Of a DNA stretch of 64,000 bases, positions 1-13,016 are shown piece by piece. A model generated the notes under the pieces. The model ran no database searches. It was not told where the DNA came from and saw only the letters and a program-made list of their open reading frames with translations. Position 1 is the first letter of the stretch. The number at the start of each line of letters is the position of its first letter. The position numbers and the translations under genes are program-made. The stretch lies in the NCBI RefSeq assembly GCF_009914755.1, contig NC_060929.1; one strand, 5' to 3'. The DNA is from the human T2T-CHM13v2.0 reference genome, Homo sapiens.

Positions 1-264
1 CCCTTCAGGTCCCACCGGGTTTTCATGAGTATCCTGTCAGTGGTTCAGGTGAAATTGAAGTGGGAGTGGTGCATTTCTCTCTATCTCAGTGACCTTCTCA
101 AGTGCCTCTTTCTCTTAGCAGTTTGTCTGGCAGCACTGAAATTCCACCACATGCTTTATAAAGGCAATATATTTGAGCAGTGGTTTGTTCCTTCTGAGGC
201 CTTTCTGGCGGGACTTGGTCTTGCTGTTCACCAGGACCTAGGTAGAGAAAGTGGCCTTCTATAA

Positions 265-345
265 AGATGGCTTCCTTGACCTATAATGGGGTCTCATCCT
301 GATAAACCTATTGTAAGTTGAAAATATAATAATTTAAAAATGCAT
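265..345 (+). mobile_element. MER47-family (TcMar-Tigger) 5' fragment, cut off by the adjacent L1
   Basis: gatggcttccttgacctataatggggtctcatcctgataaacctattgtaagttgaaaatat matches the start of MER47 and resembles the complete copy at 30392-30759. Confidence 0.75.
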
Positions 346-1790
346 TTTATTTTTTTATTTGTACAAATTTATGGAGTGCATGATAAATTGTGTTACATGT
401 ATGTAATGTGTAGGGATCAAGTCAGGGTATTTAAGGCCTCTCACCCTAGTATGGAACACTTTTGTTCAATATAGTCATCCTACTCTTCTATCAGATATTG
501 AATGTATTCCTTCTAACCGTAGGTTTGTACCTTTTTACCCACTTCTCCTCTCACATCCCCCCCACTCACCCTTCCTAGTCTCTGTTATCTCTCTTTCCAC
601 TCTCTACCTTCATGTGATCAAATGTTTTAGTTCCCACATATATGTGAGAAGAACATGCAATCTTTTTGTGCCTGGCCTATTTTGCTTAAGATACTGCCTC
701 CCAGTTCCAGCTGTGTTGCTGCAAATGACATGATATCATTGTTTTTTTATGGCTGAATAGTATTTCATCGTGTACCATATTTTTCTCATCCATTCTTTTG
801 TTGATGAACACTTAGGTTGATTAGGTTGCTATTATGAATAACACCACAATACACATATGAGTGCATGTATTCATTTGATATATTGACTTCTTTTCATTTG
901 TGTAGATTACAAATAGTGGGATTGCTGGATCAAATGGTAATTCTACTTTGAGTTTTTAAAGAAATGTCCATACTGTTTTCCACAGTGGCTGTACAGTGTC
1001 CAAGAGTTGCCCTTTGCATCTTCACCAACATCTATTATATTTTGTCATTTTAATATAACAATTCTGACTAGGGTAAGATGATACCTCATTGTGGTTTTGA
1101 TTTGTATTTCTCTGATGTTAGTGTGATGTTGAGCATTTTTTACATACACCTAGTGGCCATTGGTATGTCTTCTTCTGAGAAATGTCTATTCATATCATTT
1201 GCCCACTTTTTAATGGGATTATTTGATTCATTGTTTTTCCTGTTGAGTTGCTTGAGTTCCTTGTTTATTCTGGATATTAGTTCCCTTTTGGATACATAGT
1301 TTGCAAATATTTTCTGCCATTCAGCAGGTTGTCTTTTCATTCTGTTGATTGTTTCTTTGCTGTACAGAAGCTTTTTAGTTTAATATAGTTTCGTTTGTGT
1401 GATTTTGTTTTTGTTGCCTGTGCTTTTGAGGTCTTAGTCATAAATTCTTTGCCTAGACCAATGTCCACAAAAGTTTTTTGTAGGTTTTCTTCAGTGTTTT
1501 TATAGTTTTGGGTCTTATATTTAAGTATTTAATCCATTTTGAGTTGATTTTTATATGTGGTGAGAGATAGAGGTCCAGTTTAATTCTTCTGCATGTGGCT
1601 ATACAATTGTCACAGCACCACTTGTTGAAGAGGGTGTAGTATAAGTGAGGTAACATGATGCTTCCAGCTTTGTTCTTTTTGCTCAGAATTGCTTTGGCTA
1701 TTTGGGCTCTTTTTAAGTTCCATATGAATTTTAGGATTGTTTTTTTGAATTTTGTGAAGAATGATGTTGGTATTTGGATAGATTTTGATT
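346..1790 (-). mobile_element. L1 (L1MA-type) 3' UTR and ORF2 3' end, with internal deletions
   Basis: Poly-T start and typical L1MA 3' UTR. Minus-strand ORFs [27 protein letters not shown] and [31 protein letters not shown] are L1 ORF2p C-terminal motifs. Confidence 0.93.
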
Positions 1791-2522
1791 GTGTTGTTTC
1801 GTGTGGCCTTGCCCACAAAACCATTTTTCCCTCCTAGGTCTCCAGGCCTGTGATGAGGGGAGCTTCCATGAAGATCTTTGGAATGCCCTGGAGACATTTT
1901 CTCCATTGTTTCAGCTACTAACATTCGGCTCCTTGTTACTTATGCAAATTTCTGCAGCTGGCTTGAATTTCTCCCCAGAAAATGAGTTTTTCTTTTCTAC
2001 CACATGGTTAGGCTGCAAATTTTCCAAACTTTCATGTTCTGCTTCCGTTTTAAACATAAGTTGCAATTTCGGATTATCTCTTTGTGAATGCGTATGACTG
2101 TATGCTTTTAGAAAAAGCTGGGTCACATCTTGAATGTTTTGTTGCTTAGAAATTTTTTCTACCAGATACCCTAAGTCATCTCTCTCTAGTTCAAAGTTCC
2201 ACAGATCTCTAGGGTGGGGCAAAATGCCACCAGTCTCTTTGCTAAAGCATAGCAAGAGTGACCTTTGCTCCAGTTCCCAATAAGTTTCTCATCTCCCTCT
2301 AAGACCACCTCAGCCTGGAATTCACTGTCCATATCACTATCACCATTTTGGTCAAAACCATTCAACAAGTCTCTAGGAAGTTCTAACCTTTCCCACATCT
2401 TCCTGTCTTCTCCTGAGCCCTCCAAACTGTTCCAACCTCTGCCCATTACCCAGTACCAAAGTCACTTCCACATTTTCAGGTTATCTTTGTAGTAGTACCC
2501 CATTCTCCTGGTACCAATTTTC
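1791..2522 (-). mobile_element. THE1/MST (ERVL-MaLR) internal sequence, 5' part
   Basis: Minus-strand translations GRGWNSLEGS.EDRKMWE.LELPRDLLNGFDQN and RDLWNFELERDDLGYL are characteristic of the MaLR internal ORF; abuts the LTR. Confidence 0.92.
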
Positions 2523-2860
2523 TGTATTAGTCCATTTTCATGCTGCTAAAAAGAACTACATGAGACTGGGTAAACAAAATAATTTAATTGACTCACAGTT
2601 CTGCATGGTAAGGAGGCCTCAGGAAACTTACAATCATGGCAGAAGGTGAAGAGAAGCAAGCACCTTCTTCCATGGTGGCAGGAGAGAGAGAACAAGGAGG
2701 AAACTGCCATAGACTTTTAAACCAATTCACTATCACGATAACAGCATGAGGGAAACCATTCCCATGATTCAATCATCTACCACCAGGTCCCTCCTTCAAA
2801 ACATGGGGAATTACGATTTGAGATGAGATTGGGTGGGGACACAGAGCCAAACCATGTTAC
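2523..2860 (-). mobile_element. THE1D-like LTR (5' LTR of the element above)
   Basis: tgtattagtccattttcatgctgct...cctcaggaaacttacaatcatggcagaagg...gggtggggacacagagccaaaccatg. Confidence 0.9.
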
Positions 2861-3107
2861 TGCTCGAATGCAGTAAAGAACCTGACAAGCCCTCAGATGC
2901 TGCTACTTTTTTTTTTTTTTAATTAAGGAGACACTTTAAATATCCACCTTTCACGATTACCCAGTCATTTGGTGCTCCTGGTTCTGGTAACTTCAAGAGG
3001 AGAAAGGCTCTATACCTACTGGTCAGGGAGTAAATATAACCGTTCAACAATAAGTTACTGAAACAAAGAATCTGTTTCATCTTCATTCTCCAGTTAAAGC
3101 TATGACA

Positions 3108-3383
3108 ACCAGGTGCTATAGCTCATGCCTATATCCCAGGACTGTGGGAGGCTGAGGTGAGAGGATCGCATGAGGCCAGGAGTTCAAGACCAGCCTGGAA
3201 ACATACTGACACCCTGTCCCTACAGGCATGGTGGTGTGTGCCTATAGTCCTGGCTACTTGGGAGGCTGCAGCGAGAGGATCACTAGAGCCTAGGAGTTCA
3301 AGGGGGCAGCGAGCTATGATGGTGCCACTGCATTCCAGCCTGGGCAATGGAGAGACCCAATCTCTAAAAATAAATAAATAAAA
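3108..3383 (+). mobile_element. AluJ, diverged, middle A-rich linker lost
   Basis: Dimeric Alu with gaggccaggagttcaagaccagcctgg and an (aaat)n tail; degenerate TSD aaagctatgac/aaagctgtggc. Confidence 0.9.
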
Positions 3384-4407
3384 GCTGTGGCAGAGATTGT
3401 AATGATTGTGAAGCATCTAAGCCTTATAAAGAGATTGTATGATGTGATAGAAATGCTTTATTCTACCCAGAGCAGGATCTGGATTTCTGAATGATTCTGT
3501 AAAACCATGGTGAGGTGGGGACATGGCTTTACCAACGTCATAGGCTTTTCAGTTACTCCTTAGTCCTCTGAGGCTTTCCTCCCTCAACATGGCTGTGTTA
3601 TGGGGTCTGATCTCATAAATGCTGTTGAAGACAAAGACATTTCTAGGGCTCTTCCTTCTCCTTTTGCAAGCCATGAAAGCCACAACCCTACAATAAGTAA
3701 AGAAGGAAATCAAGAAACAGAAACTCGCACTCTGTCATCATATTCCACATTCCAGAGGACACAACTACCCCTCCTTTGTCTGAATCTGTGGCAATGGGGT
3801 ACATCAGTGGGTGGTAGGATCTTCTCTGGCCCCTGCTTGATACAGCAAGTGGCAGAGATGTGAGGTCAAATGAGGAGCACACATAAATCATCTTTAAAGG
3901 CGATAGTGTGTTGAACAGGATGGGAAAGAGAGACTCCAAATGCTACACAGCCTTGTAAGTGTTGATTTCTGTGAAGGAAAAAATAACTCACCCACATACA
4001 CAATTCTGATTCCAGAGAGAATTTCTGCTGGTCTGAAACCCAGGCTGACCTGTCCCATAGGAATTGCTTGCAAAAGCCTTGTCCGGGGAGAACTAACCTC
4101 ACTGCAAGATAAGTAATAATAAAAAACATCATCAGCACAGGATCTATACAAACATGTTACCAAAAAAAATAAAAAGATAAAAATCAAGCACCAGAAAAAT
4201 GTGGCTGCCAAGCACATAAAAATCATGACCCTATTTTCAAAAATGAATGAATTTTTAAAATGTTACACATTAACCTAGGAGCTCAAAGCAGAGACATAAA
4301 AGCTCAGGGAAAAAGAGCTCAGCCATTATTATTATTATCATTAATCTCCTTTTGTTAATTCACAAACAGAACTTAAATTGTGTCCATTATGGTTCAGAGT
4401 GTGTTTA

Positions 4408-4472
4408 TTAGGTTGGTGCAAAAGTAATTGCTGTTTTTGCCATTAAAAGTAATGGCAAAAACCATTACTTTT
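4408..4472. mobile_element. MADE1 (Hsmar1-derived MITE), one end truncated
   Basis: ttaggttggtgcaaaagtaattgctgtttttgccattaaaagtaatggcaaaaacc matches the palindromic MADE1 sequence. Confidence 0.9.
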
Positions 4473-4474
4473 TA

Positions 4475-4640
4475 ACATGTATTAACTCATCAAAGGCCTT
4501 ACAACAGCCCTATTCGGTAGATGTCCTCATTTTACTCATTTTAAAGATGAAGTACCAAAAATCAAATAACTTGACCAGGGTTACATTCTGGTAACCTGGA
4601 CTTTAGAGCTTTCACTTTTAACCACCATGTTACATTGCCA
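4475..4640 (-). mobile_element. MIR SINE
   Basis: acaacagccctat...cattttaaagatgaag...aacttgaccagggttacat...ttaaccaccatg, MIR core in antisense orientation. Confidence 0.65.
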
Positions 4641-4699
4641 AGAAGCTGGGAAAGCCAGGTGGGAGGATACAGAGAAATGAAGGCCACATTGAAATAAGC

Positions 4700-5870
4700 A
4701 CACAAGGGAATAAACACTGATGAAAACGCGAGAAGGACGCGAAGGAAAGGCTTGAAAAGCAAGTGAAATGAGTTGGAAATGAAGAAGAGTTTGACAAGAA
4801 AAGTGAAAATAATAGCTAGGGATGTCCATTCAATGAGATCCATAAATAGTATCCCTGTAGAAAAGAATGAAGTAACTAAAAGAGAATACTGAAAGATATT
4901 ACTCAAGAATATTTGCAGAAAAAAATGAAGACTTGAATTTGTACTAAGAAGACATGCCATATCCCAAGAAAAATGAGCATGCTAAGAATCAAATCATGAT
5001 ACAGTAACAAAAATTCAAAGATAATCCTATGAGCATCTTAACAAAGAGGAAAAATTGCATATACCGAGAAAAATATCAGATTGATATGAAATGTCTCCAC
5101 AGCAATAATCAACACTTTTCTAAATCATGTAAAGAAAAGGTGAGGAATCTAAGAATTTTATACCCAGAAAACATGTTGGTCACATATAAAAGCAGGAGAC
5201 AAGCATTTTCAAATATGCAAGACCAGCAACTCTGTCAACCACTTTTTGAAGAAACTACAGAAAGGCAAATTTTGGTTAACTAAGAGATCAGTGGAGAACT
5301 TTTGCCAAAAGGAATGGTGGTGACCATTGAACCCATTCAACTGTAGGACTAAGAATTAAAACACCTGTGGAAATTATAGTTGTAATACAGCATGTAAGTG
5401 TCATATGCTCTTTCAATGTAGAAGTTATAAATTTCATCATGATGTGAGGTTCTAGACGGTTAAGGAAAGGCAAACACACTAATTTCCAAGTATTTTAGAG
5501 CTGGAGGTCAAATGATATTTTTAAAGCAGGTAAATGACAATAGTATAAATATATTTAATTGTAAATAATTAGATAGAGCTATTGAATAGTTTCCAATATA
5601 TAGTAAGTGGAGAAAAAGCAAGTCAGAATGTGTACAGTATACTTCCATTTATGTAGTGGGGATGATGATAGACATATGCTTATAGATGCATAGGTTATCT
5701 CCCAAAGAATATACAAGAAATTGTTAATAATGACAAGAAATGACAAGGAATTGTTTCTTTAGGGAGAAGATCTGCTTGGTTAAGATACAGTGGTAGAAGG
5801 GAGACTTAACTTTCCACTTCTGTCTTTAGAATTTTATACCATGAGCTTACATGAACTAATTAATAAATTA
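4700..5870 (+). mobile_element. Ancient L1M fragments (ORF1-like region plus an L1ME-type 3' end)
   Basis: Very A-rich + strand; agtggagaaaaagcaagtcagaatgtgtacagtatacttccatttatg resembles an L1ME 3' end. Confidence 0.55.
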
Positions 5871-7288
5871 TTTTTAACCCAGGCTTTGATATATCTTTAA
5901 GAGCCTCAGGTTTACAACACTTTTTTCTTTAACGATTTTTCTGGGTCGCTCTATTTCCTGCCTTTTCTGGCTTATTAACTTGACTCTGAGCTCCCTCTGC
6001 TAGTCTCCAGATTATCATCTTGCGCCTGCCTGAAGAAATGCACACCATTTTTTTCTTAACATAAGACCTTTAAGGCCCTGGTGAGAATAACCTTTGTTGG
6101 AAGAGACCGTCTCTAGTTCTCATCTATACCCCAGCTCACCACCTCTTCTATAGCTTCTTCTTACTAGGTATCCTTTGCCTTGATGTGAAAACCTCTCCTC
6201 TCTGGCCTCTGAGATGAATGTGCATGACTCAAGGGAGAGAAGCTTGTCATCAAGAAGGTTGGGGGAAAAGTTGAGGACCACAAAGAGGTTTAATAAAAGT
6301 AGCTGTCTTTTTTCTCTGCAGAAAACTTGCAACCCACTGAGGCAGGAACGGTATGCACAAAAGACTGGTGATGTGAGCAGTGCCCTCTTTCTTTATTATG
6401 GAATCTAAGAGCTCAATAGAAGCCTCAGACTGACACAGAAGAGCTGGGGGGTGTGAATTGTTCCAAATCACTGCACTTCTATGCATCTTGCAGAATTGTG
6501 GACTTTGCAAATGGGCTAGATGGAGCAGCTGCCACCAAGTGAGGTCAAATGCTGCTGATCACTGTGGATGCTTAGTCTCCTCTCATGTTTGTGAATGCTT
6601 CTGGCAAGAAGTGCCCTCCTCTCTGATCTCAGACTCCCTTCTCCTGCTAGGTTGCCCAGTTCCTTGGATGGAACACTTGGCTTCCTCCTGAAGGCACCCC
6701 AGGAAAAGTGTTTTCCCCACCGGAAGCCTCATTTTTGAAGTCTGATACCAAAACTTACCCTTGGCATGAGGTTGCCAGACTGAGCCAACTACCTGTCCAA
6801 CAGGTCTCCTCTGGTGTCTTCCACACTGGGGTCTTCTGGTCCTCTTCTCACTTACATCCTTGCTATCTGACTCCCACTGTCCCTGGGATCTACCAAGTGC
6901 CAAGCACTGTGCAAAGTGCATCACTTTTCCTACCTTTCATTGGGGCCTACTGATGCCAGACACTGCACTAGGAAGTTTATAAATGAAGTTTCACAACAGC
7001 CTTTTGAGGTTGGTGTTTGAGGTTTAAAGAACTTTCAGACATACACAGGCCTGTTTCTACCTGACTCCAAATCTACAATGTTTTGAACTGGGTCAGCATC
7101 TTATTCTATCTCCACAGTAATCCTGTGAGGTACTTATTATTATCGATATTTCTAGCACCTACATCACTAAGCATGGTACTATTCTTGAATCTTAAGTGGG
7201 CTGACTGAATTGAAAATCAGGAGCTGAGGTTTTAACCATGCACCTGTAGATTTTTTTCTCTCCTTTCTCTGCCTCTTTTCAAACACAG

Positions 7289-7389
7289 GCAAATGCTGAA
7301 GACACAATAGAAGACAGAAGGATTAGCAGAGCCTGTGGACTGAATGTGGTGGCACACTGCTTCCTCTTTTGCCCTCTAAGATCTGAGGA
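7289..7389 (+). ncRNA. Candidate non-coding exon (101 nt)
   Basis: Long pyrimidine tract then aaacacag acceptor; GAAGA-rich body; donor GGA|GTAAGG. No transcript evidence available. Confidence 0.3.
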
Positions 7390-8274
7390 GTAAGGAGTGT
7401 CCTGAGGCCTTTGGCCTAGAATTTTGACTTGGGAATGGGAATCTTTGGGAATAAATGAGATTAATGAAAAGGTTGAAGCTAAGATAATTTAAGTAGGGCC
7501 ACCTTCTTTCTCCCATCTCTATGACATTTATTTATTTATTTTACCATTTCACAACAATGAAATTAAGTCTTTATAGATTCAAATGGCCATGTGGGATGTG
7601 GAAAATCTTTAAAGGACTGGGACTACCCAGGTCTCTTGCTGCTTGTTTGAAAGTGTCCCACCTTCTAGCCCTGTTTCTGATGTCCTGTGCTGTAGCCTCC
7701 ACGGGCTTCTCAAGCCTCCCGTTAATTGCAGAGCCAGTCATAACCAGCAAGAAGAGGTGTATAATAAATATCTCAAGTTCTACCAGTGTAAGGCTCAGTA
7801 TCACTGCCTGGGTGTTGGAACCAAGACTTGAATTTTAAAATTGTTACTGAGCCTGAGTCCTCACATTGCACCCTGGGAGTTTTATTCCTATTTCTAAAAT
7901 CTTATCATGTTCCCCTGATTCATGGCCTCTTCCCTTTTCAGGGACAAGACACTGGCATGTTCTTTTGAGTTGCCCTTTTAGTAAATGGGAGGGTTATAAT
8001 TAACATATACTCAACCACAAGGATATACACGAGCTTGTGGCAGGAGTTATCCCATGTCATCTTCAAGAGTCTTAGAAATTCTTAGAGAAGAACTAAGTAA
8101 CTTACTCAAGGTCACACAAGTCCAGATCTGCCTGTCGTCAGAGCACTGTGCTTTCTCCCACAACACACAGATAACCTCAGTTGTGCTCTTCTTGGAAAAA
8201 CAGCTGTAAACATTACATTCAAAGGTTACTTTGTGGGCACAGGTACCCATCAGGGTTCAGCCAGCCATGTTAGT

Positions 8275-8908
8275 TTTTAAAAACAGTTTTATTCAGAAAT
8301 AATTTATGGACCATATAATTTGTCCATTTAGAATATACAATTCAATGGTTTTAAATATGCTTTGCAGAGTTGTGCAACCATCACCATAATCTTATTTCAG
8401 AACATCTTCTTCACTCCAAAAAGAAATCTTAAAATCATTAACAGTCACTCTCCATTTCTCCCCATCCTCTGCCCTAGGTACCACTGGTTTATATTCTGTC
8501 TCTACAGATTTGCTTATTCTGGACATTTCATGTCAATGGAATCAAATGTGGTCTTTTGTACTGGCTTCTTTCAGTTAGCAATATGTTTTCAAAGTTCACC
8601 CTTGTAGCATGTATTTGTATTTTATTCCATTTTATTCCTGAGTAATTTTCCATTGTGTGGATATACCACAATTTGTTTATCTATTCATCAGTTTGTGGAC
8701 ACTTGGATTGTCCACTCTGGGCTATTATGAATAATGTTGCCATGTACAAGTTTTGTGGACATATGTTTTAGATTCTCTTGGGTATATACTTAGGAGTGGA
8801 ATTGCTTGGTTAAACCTCCACGTTTAACACTTTAAGGAGCCATCAGACCATTTTCCAAGCTGGCTGTACCATCTTACACTCCCACTGATAATGTGTGAGA
8901 GTTCCAGC
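8275..8908 (-). mobile_element. L1MB-type 3' end
   Basis: tatacaattcaatggtttt...gagttgtgcaaccatcacca...ccattgtgtggatataccacaatttgtttatc...ggagtggaattgctt. Confidence 0.88.
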
Positions 8909-8929
8909 CATAGGGTTTTTCTAAGCCAT

Positions 8930-9060
8930 TTTGGTAATCTATTTCATCTGTAGAATGGAACTAATAATATCTACCCTGCTTTGTTTTTGTGAGGGTTGAA
9001 GAATCTAGAGTGTAAAAGGGGCCTACTGGAATGGAGGAGGCACTCAATAAATGCAGCTAC
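8930..9060 (+). mobile_element. MIR fragment
   Basis: tcatctgtagaatggaactaataatatctacc...ggcactcaataaatg. Confidence 0.65.
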
Positions 9061-9532
9061 TTGATTCCCAAACAAAGGGCACAGCTCACAGCACAGCAGC
9101 CACAAGGAGCCATCCTGCGCTCAAGGAGTTCTCAGCCTTCAGCTATCTCTTTGGCTGAAGACAGTTTAATGAGTGCTTCTGCCATGTCAAAGAACAGAGC
9201 CATACCTCAGTCACCTCAGAACAGAAGTGTTTATTTAGGGGTCTACCTCAACTGGAACCAGAAGTTTGCCAGACTGGAGGTAACCCAGAGTCCAGTTTTT
9301 CTCTCTTGCTAATGTGGTGTCTGGGCTTCTCTAGTCTTTTTCCTTTCCCAGGCCTCTTTGCACGGGCCCCCGTCTGTTTGGGCTGAGGGGGTTCTTAGAT
9401 AACAGTTAGCTTCCTGTCAGTTTTATTCACTGGAGATAGCTTATGAGCTAACTCTAGAGCTCTTGAACTGTGCAGGAATACCATGCATCACCATACTCAC
9501 TTCTGCCACTACTGGGCTTGGAGAAACACACC

Positions 9533-9712
9533 TGTCTTATTCCATTTTGTGCTGCTATAACAGAATACCTAAGACTGGATACTTTATAAAGAACAGAAAT
9601 TTATTTCTCACATTTATGGGGGCTGAGAAGGCCAATATCCAGCAAGTTCATTGTCTGGTAAGGGCCGGGTGTCTGCTTCCAAGAGGTGCTGTGAATGCTG
9701 CCTCCTCCGGGA
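9533..9712 (-). mobile_element. MSTC/MSTD-like MaLR LTR fragment
   Basis: tgtcttattccattttgtgctgctataacagaatacctaagactgg...aacagaaatttatttctcaca. Confidence 0.8.
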
Positions 9713-10844
9713 TTAAGAATTTAGCAGTGAAGACATAAAAATGCCCCATGGTACAGATTTGGACTATTGTTTCAATTTGGCAAGATGCACATTTAATTTT
9801 CAGCAGCCAAGTTCAACCAGACAATCTAGCAACAAGTTTGAACTTTTTCCACTCCGAGCAGCCACTGATCCAAACTCTCCTCTTTATGTCCTTTGAATTC
9901 TTCTCTGACAGGTGCTATATGGCCCCCAAATTCTTGCTGTTAGTTGGCTCCTTGCCTTGGCTATGGCATGTGTGGTATAATGGTTTAGAAGAGCCAGAGG
10001 TGTGTTTTTCTTTAGACATTGATGTGGCGCTATTGTCCTGTCCCACTCAGGGGCCAGAACTGTCCCTTCTACTGGGCTGGAGAGCATCTTTAGATAGAGG
10101 CTTTCTAAGAGGCTGAAAGCTGGGATGGTACTGGACCTCAGAAAACTGGGGCCATGTACAGTATCTTAGTTATGTGGTCAGTTGGGAGCAGTGAAATGTA
10201 AACCAATTAAATCAATGAATAATGAGAGGATACTGAGGTCTCCCCAAGCCCATAGAAAGAACTACTTCATAGTGACATAAAATCAGTGACAGTAACACAT
10301 TTGGTGAAGGCACAAGGGTGTCTAATCTGCAATGCAACTCAGAAAAGAGCACATCTTGGGAGGAAAGAACAATGTGGTTCCACTGACTAGAGGAGAGCCT
10401 TGGGACTGGGGACATCAGAATCCTGCACAGAGTGCTGTGAGCACTGCAGACATTGGAAAGGGACCACCCTTTCCTCCCCCATACTCTCCTCTTGATATCA
10501 ACACATTGACAGGCTGCTTATCCATGGGCCATATGTGACTATACTTGATTTAAGCCCCCATCACTAAGAGAAGTCGCTGAAGATATGAGAGAAGATTGCT
10601 TGTAAATCTGGGAGGATAAGGTCTGGCCTGTGGACTGTGGGTCTATTGGTGACTTGAGGTGCCAACAGCCTGCCCTGACACACCCTTCCCCTGGCCATGG
10701 GCTGTATTTCCCAACCTTACTCACAGTCTTTGGAGAACAGCCAGTGAGATAAGGAGTTTATGAGCAAGCTGGCTAATGTGGGACCATCAAGGAGATAAAT
10801 GGATGGGTTTATTCTTAAGCTAGCAACATTGACTGAAAACCATC

Positions 10845-11208
10845 TGTTTTAGTCCGTTCTCACACTGCTATAAAGAAATACCTGAGACCGGGTAACTTAC
10901 AAGGGAAAGAGGTTTAATTGACTTGCAGTTCCACATGGCTGAGGAGGCCTCATGAAACTTACAGTCATGGTGGAAAGCGAAGGGGAAGCAAGGACCTTCT
11001 TCACATGGTGGCAGGAGAGAGAAACCCAGGGGAAACTGCCATCTATAAAACCATCAGATCTCATGAGAGCTCCCTCACTATCATGAGAACAGCATGGGGG
11101 AAACCACCCCCATGATCCAGTCACCCTCCAATGAGGTCTTTCCCTCAATACCTGGGGATTACAGTTCAAAATGAGATTTGGATGGGGACACAAAGCTTAA
11201 CCACATCA
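10845..11208 (-). mobile_element. THE1D-like solo LTR with 5-bp TSD
   Basis: Full LTR tgttttagtccgttctcacactgct...aaccacatca, flanked by ccatc (10840-10844) and ccgtc (11209-11213). Confidence 0.92.
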
Positions 11209-11214
11209 CCGTCT

Positions 11215-11400
11215 TTGTGCCTGCACTGCCATTAGCACTTTCCGTACTTTTTCTTCTTTAATTATCTCAACAACCCCCTGAGTTTAACATTACTCCTCTC
11301 ACTTTATAGATGAAAGGAATGGGATTCAGAAATGTGAGGTCACCTCTCCATAGTCACACTGCTGGTCAGAATAAGAGATTCATTTTGACCTTTGACAGAG
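11215..11400 (-). mobile_element. MIR SINE
   Basis: ctcaacaaccccctgag...cactttatagatgaaagg...agtcacact. Confidence 0.6.
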
Positions 11401-12893
11401 GACACTGACTCAGGCCCAGATTGTCGACCGCAAGCCCTGAACCTCCTTTCCATGCCACTGACCACCCCAGTCCAAGCCCTTCCCTTGAATCATGCAGCCA
11501 TGGCCCCGTGAGCCAGGGTGACTTCCACCTATGCCAGCCCAGTCCCCGAGCACTGAGGTGGCCAGTTCCTGCTTTGCTGGGACAAAAGTGGCCCTAGGCA
11601 TTGTTCTCATAACATCCAGAAGGGACGGGGCCTCAATGAGGAGAGACAGGCGACAGCTATCCTCTGTGTCAAGGGGAGGAATTCATTTGTGAAGGCAGCA
11701 GCTTCCTGGGAAGGAAATGTGCTGAAAAGGCTCACAGTCAACGCTCTCATCCGCACTCTGGGAGAGAGCAAGGCCATTTCCACTGCAGCCCCCATGCCTC
11801 CATGTGAGAGGGGATGATGCAAGGCAAACATCCTGGCCAGGCAGTGGGCCTGGGTGAGGGTCTCCCGGTGGGCCTTGCTGTGCTGCAGCCACAGAGGGCC
11901 ATGGGGTGTCAGGCTTAGTTCTGAGGTCTGGAATTTTCTATCTGGAAAGCCCTGCACTGCCTTCTCCCCTTCATTCCCAAAGGTCCAATTACACAGTTTC
12001 TGGGCAGGCTCCTAAGTATTTGGAGAGACCACAGTGTGCTCCAGGACGCTGGCCACCCCTTCCTTCCAGTGCTGCAGCACCCAGCCATGTTGTGGCTGGC
12101 CCACAAGCAGGCTCTGGCCCAACAGCTTCTTTGAATAGATAGAAGCAGGTTATTGACAGAGGTGGACTTGGTAAGGTGGGAGCATTGCCCTTCAAGTTGC
12201 GCTGTAGCCTGGTTCCTCCTTCCACATCATTGGGTGGTCATAGGGCTTTTCCACGCATCATCAGTTTCACCATGCAAAATACTTTAATTATCCACAAATA
12301 TTAAATATCCAGTACATCTAAATCAAAGCTCTACTCATATATTTCAAATCTTGGCCCCTGCTTGACTCTTGCAGCTCTGCATGCATGCACACATGTGCAC
12401 ACACAGCGTAAGCCTGACCTTGGAAGCCTGCAATGGGAAGGTCTCTCTTCCTTGCTCCTCTTCCTCTCTCACTCACCCCATTGCCCTTCTTTTGGTTGTT
12501 TTGGGGCCCAGCCTAAGTGAAAGGGGGTTGTGTAAGAAAAAGTGCACAGACCCCAGATGATGAAGCTGTAATCTGGGTCAGGGCCCTCAGGGAGGCCCAA
12601 ATGGGATGCTTTTGTGGGTTCTTTGGATACTCACCACTACCTGGGGGTCTCTCATTTGCAGTGACTTGCCGTGGCAATGATTTCTCGGGGTGTTTCTTAC
12701 ACCTCTGGGGGCCAGAAGCCCATTCCTCTGTTGGAGTCTCTCCCTCTCTTCCTGCCTTTTCCTCAGGCCGGCTCCTTTCCTGGGGCCCATCTAGAAGCAG
12801 GCATGAGCTCAGTCTAAGTTCCGCAGACAAAAATCACACTCCTCTGGAGTGCTTTCTTTGAAAGCGCCCTCACTTTGACTCTTCCCACCCCAG

Positions 12894-13016
12894 GAGACAG
12901 CTCCTGACATGGTCCGGCCCTCTCTGAAGAAGACCCTCCTACCAGCCTCTTCATGCTCCTGAACCCTCACTCCGACCAGTTCTCCAGCAATGCCCATCAC
13001 CACCTCCACGCTACAG
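12894..13016 (+). ncRNA. Candidate non-coding exon (123 nt)
   Basis: Acceptor ctttgactcttcccaccccag and strong donor CAG|GTAAGA; stop codons in all three frames. Confidence 0.35.

Noticed and set aside
1911-2446. MaLR internal ORFs as a possible gene
   Set aside because: Frameshifted remnants of the THE1 internal region.
4408-4472. MADE1 hairpin as a miR-548-type precursor
   Set aside because: One arm is truncated, so the full-length stem cannot form; no evidence of expression.
4562-4960. Hydrophobic 132-aa ORF resembling a membrane protein
   Set aside because: Antisense reading of A-rich old L1/MIR sequence gives Phe/Leu-rich strings.
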